A stretch of DNA of 64,000 nucleotides, taken from NCBI GenBank assembly GCA_024137785.1, contig JAHRHZ010000115.1, forward strand, positions 189,111 through 253,110, written 5' to 3'. Below the pieces are notes generated by a model. It was not told the DNA's origin, did no database searches, and was given only the letters and a program-made list of their open reading frames with translations. A program made the position numbers and the translations under genes. This DNA is from Ginglymostoma cirratum (Eukaryota). Of this stretch, positions 54,385 to 64,000 are shown one piece after another; position 1 is the stretch's first letter; the number at the start of each line of letters is the position of its first letter.

Positions 54385-55630
54385 AACATGAGGTTAGACA
54401 GAGGGTGGTAGTGGATGGTTGCTTTTCTGATTGGAGGCTTGTGACCAGCAGTGTGCTACAAGGATCACTGTTGTGTCCACTACTTTTTGTCATTTATGTA
54501 AGTAATTTGGATGTGAATATAGGTAGTGTGGTTAGTATGTTTGCAGACGACAACAAAATTAGTGGTACAGTGGGTATTGAAGAAAGTTACATCAGAGTAC
54601 AAAAACAGAAATTGCTGGAAAAATTCAACAGGTCTGGCAGCATCTGTGAAGAAAAAAATCAGAGTTGATGTTTCGGGTCTGGCGACACTTCCTCAGAACT
54701 TGTTCTTCACAGATGCTGCCAGACCTGCTGCGCTTTTCCAGCAACTTCTGTTTTTGTTTCTGATTTACAGCATCTGCCGTCCTTTTGGTTTTTACCACAA
54801 AGTACAATGGGATCTTGATCAGATGGGCAAACGGGCCAAAGAGTGGCAGATGGAGTTTACTTTAGATAACTATGAGGTCCAGCATTTTGATAAGGCAAAT
54901 CAGGGCAGGACTTCTACACTTAATGTTAAGGCCCTGTGAGTATTGCCGAACAAAGTGACCTTAGGTTGCAGGTTCATAGTTCCTTAAAAGTGGAATCGCA
55001 GGTAGACAGGATAATGAAGAAGGCGTTTGGTACGCTTACCTTTATTGGTCAGTGCATTTAGTATAGAAATTGGGAGGTCGTTTTGCAGCCATACAGGGCA
55101 TTGGTAGGCTACTTTTGGAATATTGCGTTCAATTCCGGTCTCCCTGCCCCAGCAAAGATGTTGTAAAACTTGAGAAGGTTCAGAAAACATTTTCAATAAT
55201 GTGGCCAGAGTTAGCGTGTTTGAGCTATGTGGAGAAGCTGAATAGGCTGGGGCTAATTTCCCTGGAGTGTGACCAGAAAGAGATTGATAAAATCATGAGC
55301 AGCATAGATCTGGTGAATAACCAAGGTCTTTTCCCAGGATAGGAAAATTCAAAACTATACGGCGCAAGTTTAACGTGACAGGAGAAAGATTTGAAACGGA
55401 CCTGAGGGGCACTTTTTTCACACTCAAGGTAATTTGTGTATGGATTAAGCTGCCACTGTACATGGTAGAAGCGACTATAATTACAACACTTAAAACAGAT
55501 TTGGACAGGTACATTAACAGGAAACATTTAGAGAGATGTGGGCCAAATACACGCAAATGAGATTAATTCAGTTTGGGGTACCAGGTCGTCATGTATAAGT
55601 TTGACTGTGGTCTGTATCTATGCTGTATGA
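54385..55630 (+). mobile_element. CR1-like LINE 3' part (interrupted by a PLE hairpin)
   Basis: QRVVVDGCFSDW..QGSLLCPLLFVIY..MFADDNKI, LEYCVQF, 3' tail. Confidence 0.85.
54603..54791. mobile_element. palindromic PLE-terminal insertion with degenerate hammerhead (54667-54696, minus)
   Basis: Arms ~54601-54653 / ~54704-54756 are reverse complements; degenerate 16-bp TSD at 54587-54602 / 54792-54807. Confidence 0.8.
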
Positions 55631-56251
55631 CTTGGTGCTTTGGCAGTTCCGGTGCATTATTTACTTCTGAATGTTCTACTCAGTGGTCATCACAACTGAA
55701 GCAGCAGATCAGCATGTATCCGTGGTGAAAGTCTGAGAGCGCCATTCAGTTCTGCCCGTAGCAGAGGTGAAAAGAACGCCTCAAGTCAATGGGGGACCAA
55801 GTTATGTTTTCTTAGGTTGTGTACAACAATGTGAACTGTAAAATTACACACCTTCAAATGAGATAATTCAGTATTCAGCAATTATTGCATCACAAATCTG
55901 ACGTACAATTTCACGACAATTGTAGAGGCTGAAATTTAGTAACAGTGATCCTTTGTAATAGCAGTGTTTATCCTGTGACATACCCACCATTCATCTCACT
56001 CTGCCGTATATTTTCTGTAGGTTATCCTCTAGAACGTCAGGAGCAGACGTTATCTACCTGTGCAAAATATATCGGCAGGATATGCTGCAATGGACTCATA
56101 ATGGTCAAATTCATTTTGGCTGTTATTAGAAAATGCACTCCAAGCACTTTTCTAAAATCCGAATTGAAAGCAGGCTTTTCTTGCTGCGTGATAAATCTGA
56201 GGGCATTATCCCCGACTCCAAGGCCTCCAAACACAACAAGATGAGACCAAT

Positions 56252-56348
56252 GATAACAAGCGTGGGGCTGGATGAACACAGCAGGTCCAGCAGCATCATA
56301 GGAGCAGGAAAACTTGCCGTTTCGGGCCTAGACCCTTCATCGGAAATG
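56252..56348 (-). mobile_element. 97-bp PLE-terminal insertion, perfect 15-bp TSD, mutated hammerhead
   Basis: CAAGATGAGACCAAT at 56237-56251 and 56349-56363; core reads CCGATGA...GAAACGGC. Confidence 0.85.
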
Positions 56349-57058
56349 CAAGATGAGACCAATAAACTCTTTGCAATCTTGGGAAGGCACCTACTGTTGT
56401 ATCAAGTTTCACTGCTTCCCTGTCACCAACTCCCTGGTACTGCGATGATTTTATTGAAAACATGCATTTCTGCAAAAGTAAATGACCAGAAATAGAAGCT
56501 AGAATTAAAATGGTCTGAGTAGCAGATCATGGCATTCGGCGCCATTCATTTACACGTTGTATTTTCTCCTATGTGTGAATCTGTGTAGCAGAAGATTTTG
56601 CTATTTGACATATATAACTTGGAACAAATGCATCACCGATAACGTGTTCATTTTTTCCCCCTCGTCTATCAGTCTTTAATAGATTTAAACTGGAAAATAA
56701 GGAGGAAAGCTAACGACTTGCAGTTTTCTCCCTTAACATTGTATAGAGCACAATCTCTTTGAATCTATTTAGCACTGTTTATACGCAGCACACAATCGCC
56801 AATTGCCCCAATGAAGTTAGACAAATCTTCACCGGCGTACTATAGGCTTCTCACAAAGTTGGCCGCTATGCATACTTTGACGGTGACTCATTTACTTGAC
56901 GAATTACTGCATGTGAATTAAGGCCATTAATGGAACTAATCAAATCGTGGTACTTCTAGCATGTATAGTAACCTAACTACGTTTCAGTGCTACATTCAGA
57001 CGTAAATGTCTGAATGCAACACTGATCATATGAACGTACTGTGAGAAACTGTTCTTAC

Positions 57059-57376
57059 CTTTCAGGCTTCTAATAACTCTTTTCTCGTTGGATTGTGAAG
57101 GTAGATGAAAAGCAGCACAGGAATATCTTGCTCCTGTGTTCCAATCCGCTGCTGGTACTGTTAAGAGGCTTCTGGCGCTGAACGTCTGGTCTTGTTCCAG
57201 AGCAGTGGGCGAACTGCTGATATTCGAGTGCAAAACAGTCCCATCCTTCTCCCAGGTTATGTTTATTTTTTCAGGATAGAATCCGCTTATCAGGCAAGTG
57301 AGAGTAGCAATTTTGGTATTTTTAACTTCTTCTGGTGATGGAGGCATGAGATGAACCTTTGGCACAACTGGCATGG
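57059..57376 (-). CDS. IgNAR: IgNAR constant exon C3
   Basis: ttacag|(A)MPVVPKVHLMPPSPEE..ATLTCLISGFYPEKINITWEKD..PTALEQDQTFS..YSC..G|gtaag; 318 nt, phase 1-1. Confidence 0.95.
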
Positions 57377-57451
57377 CTGTAACAAAAGTTTAAACCATAT
57401 TAGCCTTCTCTCCATTGACATTCCAAATAATGCTATATTTTCTTTACCTAC

Positions 57452-57754
57452 CCTTTGTCTTTCTTGTTCTTTTTGTAACCACAGTTGATGATTGGCTATC
57501 GTTGGCTGAACAAGTATATTCAACCCCTCGCTCCCATTCCTCCACGCTGCTTGTTAAGCGCCCAATGGTCACGTACTGGTTTCCTTCCCTTCTACCCGCC
57601 TCAATTTGAGTTCCTTCAGTCCTTAACTGTCCATCAACTGTCCAAGTAATCACAACCGCAGTGGGAATTGTAGAAACTACCTCACACACCAGCGTGGCAG
57701 TCTTATCGATCCAGGTTTCTTTTAGCGTAGGTTCTCTGAGAAATACGATGAGAT
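57452..57754 (-). CDS. IgNAR: IgNAR constant exon C2
   Basis: ttggcag|(D)LIVFLREPTLKETWIDKTATLVCEVVST..GNQYVTIGRLTSSVEEWERGVEYTCSA..G|gtaggt; 303 nt, phase 1-1. Confidence 0.95.
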
Positions 57755-58465
57755 CTGCCAATGAGAAACCAGAGATTCGGATTCGGCCAGCTTTAAAGAT
57801 GATGGTTGTTGAGGTTTGGCTGTGATTTAATATCACTGATAATTGATTTGACGAGAACCATTATCTTTCTTTAGCGCAGGCGATTATTGAAAATGAAACA
57901 ATATTTTAATTGTTTTCCCAGGTTTGTTTTTCTTACGGCATTACTGATTCAATTACACATCACTTTAAATCTCTTTCCTCTTGTAATTTATTTTCTTATA
58001 CAAACTACAACAGCTTCTATTCTCTACAGCATTAACGTGATTTTGAAAACATCCTTCAAATCTCTCTGCCTTCTTCACTCCAAAAAGATCAGTCACAAAT
58101 TCTCCAATCTGTCCTCACAACTGATATTTCGCATTCTGGCTTGGTCGAGATTGTTCTGATCAATTTTTGCTCAAACATTAAATGATAAAATCCAATGTTA
58201 ATTAACTCCCTCTATAATGCATATAATTTTTTTTTATAAGCCAAGGCTTCAGATTCACTGATTCTTCCTGTTGAAATATTTCCCATCCTCTTACTGTCGT
58301 TTTTCACTGCGTCATGAACTAACACTACTTCACTCATTGGACCAGTGAAAGAAGACATTAAATCTTATTGATAAGTTAAAATGGCAATATTCCAACTAAT
58401 CCATACCGGACAAACACATTGAGAGTATTCACTTGCAAACCTGTAAAATAGGCCAGTTTCCTTAC

Positions 58466-58786
58466 CTGATGTGAACTGAATTTCTTTTCGCTGATTACTG
58501 TTGGTTGAAGGATGAGTTACTTGGCAACTGTACACATTACTGCTGTTCAATTCCCGCAAAGGTACTTGGAGAAAGCTTATAGAACTATAGGCTCCACTTG
58601 TCATTTTCACTGGGGACGTAGTTGTAATGTTTGAATCTACACGATGGTTGTTTTTCTCCCATTCTATTTCAATGGATTCTGGATAGTATCCGCTGATCAG
58701 ACAGGCGAGCTGCACAAATCCTTTTCCCTTCAGTTCGTCAGTTACAGAATAGAGGAGACTGACGGCTGGAGAAGTGCGTTGTGACG
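58466..58786 (-). CDS. IgNAR: IgNAR constant exon C1
   Basis: ttgtag|..SQRTSPAVSLLYSVTDELKGKGFVQLACLISGYYPESIEIEW..TTSPVK..YSCQVTH..SNQRKEI..G|gtaag; 321 nt; motifs match IgNAR C1 as recalled. Confidence 0.92.
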
Positions 58787-60554
58787 CTACAATTACAAAG
58801 AATGATATTTAGGTTATTCTCATTATGCCAGAGCTCAAATATCTCAGTCAACATCTAAACAGATCAAAAATCAAACGATTATTCTTATTTTGAAGCCTGG
58901 AGCACTCAAATTTTCTGCAGCATTTCTGACATAACAATGGCCTGACATCAAATGGAATTTCACTTGCGCGGATGTCAAAGAACACTGAATAATCAAGTAT
59001 GACTTTTTCCATACGTTCAAATCATCATTTGCGTTAGGATCCATTGTTTTGTCTATTTAATATTGTGTTGGTATTTGACAATATATTGGAGTATTTTCAC
59101 ACTTAGAGACCAAATGTTAATGCAAAATATAACAGTTTTGGTTTGATCTCAGTGCCTGGGAAACCTCTGCACAAATAGACAAATTTGAAAAGTTTGCGTC
59201 TGAAATTAATTCCACTTGAAATGCTACGAAGAATTCATCCACGTTCAAGAATATATTACTGTGTTATGCGCTGCATTAGAAGTGTTTGTTTGTAGAGCTA
59301 GTCAAGTCCTTTCCACGAAGTTGACAAAAAATTTTAAAAAAACAAACATTCGTGGAAATTCTATCGTGGTTGCTCTGGAAATTGTGGTGGTGAGCTGTCT
59401 TATTGAATCAGTGCGTTAAATTAGTTTGGGGTATCCACTCCCAATTGACGTTGGCGTGCTAGTTCTATAATTTTGACCCAGCAACACTGAAGTAATAGAA
59501 ATATATTTGGAATTCAGGATGTTGAATGCCCTGGAGGGAAACTTGAAAGTCTTGGTTTTCCGACGTCTCCGCTAACCTTGTTTTGCAAGATGCAAGCTGT
59601 CGTGTGTTTGAAAGTACTGCCTGAGGAGCTTTGTTGAATTTCGGCAGTGCATCCTGTAGCTGGTATATACCGCTGCGACAGTGCATCAGCAGTGAAGAGA
59701 GAGAATAATTATGGATAGACTGCCAATCTCGAAGCCTGCATTTCCGTGAACAATGTCAAGCTTATTGAAAATTTCAGGAGCTATCCTTATCCATTCAAAT
59801 GGGAAGTTTTCCGTCATTTTTCTGCCGTGTGTCTTCTGGGCTGAGCAGGGTCTGCGGTCTCAGGAAAACAGCTAAACTTACCCTGTTTGTTCTTGGCATT
59901 TCTTGGAAGAGTTTCAGTTGGGAAGCTGAAGCTGGAAGGAAATCTAGTGACATTGTATGGTGCTCTAACAGTAAAAGCGCAGGATTAGCAAACTAAAGGA
60001 TAGAGTAATGATGGGACATGGTCATAGACATCGCGGCCGCAGCACCGCTCGCCCCCTCCCCCACCTTCACCGCACAAATGCGTGTCCACAATTTAACTGT
60101 AATTAACATGCTAGGAAGCCGAATTAGCCCCTTTAAAGTGTTGTAGTTTACCAAAACCTGGCTCAACTATGTCATTTAGCAAAAGAATTATCTCATCCTG
60201 ATGTCTTCCCCATTCCCAAGTAATGTCCTTGACTCTTAAATCTCCTTAAATATGGTCTAGCGATCCTCACCGTCCAAAAGAAGTTAGATATCAATGAAGT
60301 GTAATCGGGCTGGGCCTTTCCGAGATGCACATAACATAAAAAGGAAAACGATTCTATTTGCAATTTGGTACGATGACAAAGTTGACAAACAAACCTTCAA
60401 ATAAGAAACTATAACATTCCAATTTCCAAGTGAAGGACAAATTGCGCCAAGCAAGCGATGTGAAATTTCATTGTAGCATTGCAGCGACTGGGATCAGTTA
60501 TTCTTTCTGTTAATTCAAATAATACCAATCCACACCAGTAATCACCAGTGACAC

Positions 60555-60905
60555 GGGGATGTGATAGGTTAATAGTATGGTCGCTAGGCTGTCAATGTTG
60601 AAACCCAGTTAAATTTCTCGTTACACTGGTTTGAATACTGCCATAGCAGATGGAGGAATTCGAATTCAATAAATATCGGGTATTAGGAGTTTAGTGATAA
60701 CCATGAAACCGTTGCTGATTGTCAGGGAAAAGAAAACCTGTTTCATTATTATCCTTTAGGCAAGGAAAGAGCCGTCCTTACCTAGTTTGTCCTGCATTTG
60801 ACTCCAGACCCACCGTAATGCGATTGCCACTTAACTGCCCTTTGGGCAATAAATGCTAACCTGGTCAGTTACACCCACCTCCCGTGAATGATTTTTTTTT
60901 AAAGA
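60555..60905 (+). mobile_element. Deu-type SINE
   Basis: Same family as 16568-16873. Confidence 0.6.
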
Positions 60906-62532
60906 AAATCAGCGGAATTATTAGTTTTCTCCATATACACTAAGAACACCCAAATGCGCATTGTCATGATCTTCCAATAAGTGTCTACTTCTGCAAAAAA
61001 GTGTTCCGAGGGCTTGCCTCCAAAACATAGCTGATAAGCAGCAATTTCTTTCAAGTAGTCAGAGACCATTGTCTTCTGTCTACATTGCAAACTCCATCCC
61101 TAGACACAAATTACATGAACATCCGAGCGCCTTCTTAAATTAACCATAACGTTTACAATCTGAATGATCTATTCGACAAAGTGGTAACTTCTAACGCATA
61201 ATTATGTCATCACACTTCCACAACTCTCGCCTAGATTCAACCACTATGAACTTTAAAAGAAAAAATCTAGATTTTGACAAGTCCAATCAAGCCATGTCTG
61301 GCATCTTAGATACTATAACAAGTCATTAACGAATTGTTGGCCGCATCATTGTTTTCATTTCATGAAATCTTTATGACAGTGGGTCCTTGAAATTGTGAAT
61401 CAATATTTAGTTAGTGTCATTATGATACCTCTACCACACAGAAAATGAGGACGTAAATGATAAAGAAAGGGCGTATATTACATGAATATAAACTAGGAAG
61501 AAGCGGAAGAAAACATGATAATAAAATATACTACCTCTACATCGGTAGTATGCGCAACTCGGTGGTACAAAGTGATCTGGGGTGTTGTGACTGGAAACAT
61601 TTCAATTAGTACGTAATATAAAAACAACAAAAGGTGAAGACGGCAAGCATAATGTTGCAAGGGTCGTGAGACATAAATATGGAGAAGATTTACTGCAACT
61701 GTGCAGGACGGTGTTGAGAAAATACCGAGAGCTTTGTGCACGTCTTTGCCCCCTTATTTGAAAGAAAACTACTCAATTGCTTCAGGAGCATTTCAAAGAG
61801 TGATTCTCGAAAAGAAAGCATCATCTTACGAAAACAAACTTCATAACATTTTGGGAATGTTCAAATTGGATACTTAAATCTTTAGAGGACATCTTATAGA
61901 AACATTATGATTTTGAGGTGACTGGATAGAGTGAATATTCAGAATACGCCTCCTTTTGCAGAAAAGATGGTAACAAGAGACAACCCTTAAGAATATGCGT
62001 TCTTGATTTTAAAAGAAAATATGGAATAATTTGAATTCTACTCCAATTCTAACCTCTTCTGCATCACCAACTACCATATTCCCAGCATTTGTGGCTAAAT
62101 GAAGAGTTACTTTATGCGTATTAGCGGCTGAAATGCACTAATGGTGAAGCAAGGGGAAAGGTCTTGGAGATACGGCATTCTATGTTAAAACTTGTACAGC
62201 ATCTTTGAAGTAACTATTCAATTAGTGCAACTGACGTCAGTAACTCGGCCACAGTTCTGCCATTTTTCTTCTTTACGTTTCCGTGTAGTTTACCTTTGAA
62301 CGTTGTTAGTCAATATATTTTAACTAGCAGCTGGGGGACAACATTCAACATCTTGGCGACTCAATACTGAAATAAATATCTTCATCTGGTGTCTTCTCAT
62401 TTTGCTAATTATTTATAATTTCTATTGATTCGATAACAACTTTCTTGCTTTGTTCAAAAAGAAAGCTTTTCACTCATCGGTATGATGACATCGACTTAAG
62501 GTTTTAATCCATTCTATATTTGCACGAAACGT

Positions 62533-62753
62533 GAGCAAAAACAGAAGTTGCTGGAAAAGCTCAGCAGGTCTGGTAGCATCTGTGAAGAGAGAATCAGAGT
62601 TAACGTTTCGGGTCCGGTGACCCGTTCTGACGAAGCGTCACCGGACCCGAAATGTTAACTTTGATTTTCACTTCCAGATGCTACCAGACCTGCTGAGCTT
62701 TTCCATCAACTTCTGTTTTTGATCCTGATTTACAGCATCCGCAGTTCTTTTGG
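62533..62753. mobile_element. palindromic PLE-terminal insertion with hammerhead motif (62627-62656, plus) and 14-bp TSD
   Basis: Arms ~62536-62621 / ~62637-62721 are inverted; TTTGCAC(G/A)AAACGT at 62519-62532 and 62754-62767. Confidence 0.85.
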
Positions 62754-64000
62754 TTTGCACAAAACGTAACAGATTTTGTTTCGAGATTGTTCATTCAGTC
62801 TTAGACCTCGACAACACTGAAATTATTTGTTACCTCTTTAGAACTGAGGAAAGCTTTTATTTTCGTCTCTCAGAGTGGTGAGGGACATTCAAACTTTTAT
62901 CATCAGCGAATACTTTTAACATCAAGGTAGATTGTTTCTTCTTAGGGAAGGGACTCAAAGATTATTCAGATTAGATGAACATACGGAATTCCAACCAAAA
63001 ACAGATCGGATAGACTTTTGTTTACGATGCAGTGAAGATAGGGATTTAAATAGCCTGCCTATGCTCCGAATTCTCATATTCACGTTTCTTCAAATTTCTG
63101 CCTGCCGATGTCGCGTATTAGTTTACATTTGAAAAGCACTTGATACTACTTCTTTTGACTTTTGCTTTTTCACAATTCTCGAATCCAGCAGGACACTCAC
63201 TACAAACCTATGGGCTTAAAACTTGCTGACGTAATGCTTAGTAATTTCTCGAAGAACCTTCACTATCTACAGACTGACTGAATAAAGAGAAATTTCGTCG
63301 AAACTGTCGCTCATCAGGACCATTTGCGTGACTGTGCAAGGGAAAATAAAGCACACTGAGTGACAGGCGAGTGCTGATTTCTCAGAAAATGAAGTCTAAT
63401 TGGAATATTAGTTGCCATAGAATACATAATAAATGAAAACTAATTGGCAATCTATGTTACATTTTTAAAGCAGACACTTTGACACTGCTTAAAGTTTTGC
63501 CCTGAAAAATGACCTTCTTTGTCTCTTTTGAAGTCAGTGCTATGTACCATTTATTAGCCATACTTTTTTTTCATGTCTGAGTAAGTCTTTTTCCCTCCGA
63601 ACACTAACTTTAAAAATCTTCCCCAGTCCCAACTGTTGTCTTCTGCCCAAAGCTCTCATGGTTAGATCTCCACAATATTTAGCAGCAAAAGAAACAGGAA
63701 CTGTTTGCACTTTTGGTCTTGCCATCTCAGGACACGTATTACTTCAGCAGTGGGAGAGCAATGAAAGACTTCCTGTCACGGGGTGGTGTTGTTCAATGAA
63801 GACGGAATCAGCAAACTAAGGCTATATTGTGCAGTGTTTTGATGAAAGCGAAGTTAGTTGAAACTTACAAAGTACTTACAGGGATAGAATCGGGTAGGCA
63901 CACGTAAGATGTTTACCCTAGTTGGGGAATAGGGGGCACAATTCAAAAAAAGTAAGGCAGAAGCTCCACTTTCGAGATGAGGATTTGGTGTAAACTCAAT

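Noticed and set aside
51789-58465. Intron read-through peptides after C1, C3 and C4 as alternative secretory tails (e.g. GKIFCCIC*)
   Set aside because: No tailpiece features (NxS sequon plus penultimate Cys) and no convincing adjacent poly(A) signal; these follow trivially from G|GTAAG donors.
50486-58786. Assignment as IgW (long form) or IgM instead of IgNAR
   Set aside because: There are five C exons, the first matches IgNAR C1 motifs (VQLxCLISGYYP, TTSPVK, SNQRKEI), and no further C exon was seen in the 5 kb upstream. IgW shares homologous distal domains, so a phylogeny would be the final test.
61685-61775. J-segment-like minus-strand reading (TVL..V) upstream of C1
   Set aside because: No G-x-G-T motif, a frameshift is needed, and there is no consensus heptamer/nonamer. 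V, D and J probably lie outside the window.

Overview
Eukaryotic, repeat-rich DNA from a cartilaginous fish (shark). This assignment rests on the IgNAR exons and shark-type SINE/LINE families; the species cannot be fixed from sequence. The right half carries, on the minus strand, the intact constant region of an IgNAR (heavy-chain-only antibody) cluster: five phase-1 Ig C1-set exons (C1 58786-58466, C2 57754-57452, C3 57376-57059, C4 52135-51815, C5+secretory tail 50868-50486), a transmembrane exon (45433-45279) and a probable TM2 exon (from 41254). No V, D or J segment was found, so they presumably lie beyond 64000. The left 18.6 kb holds five decayed C2H2 zinc-finger gene copies that share flanking sequence. 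The rest is mostly nested CR1-like LINEs, V-SINE (HE1-like) and Deu-type SINEs, Penelope-like element (PLE) remnants and one 400-N gap. The most interesting non-obvious signal is at least nine minimal hammerhead-ribozyme motifs (CTGANGA-A-stemII-GAAAYGTY) inside short PLE-derived insertions. Many of these insertions have clear 10-16 bp target-site duplications, and their truncation/inversion breakpoints repeatedly fall at the ribozyme core. One intact core lies in sense orientation in the IgNAR intron that is specific to the membrane isoform. Repeat boundaries are approximate (read by eye); family names come from recalled consensus features, not from searches.
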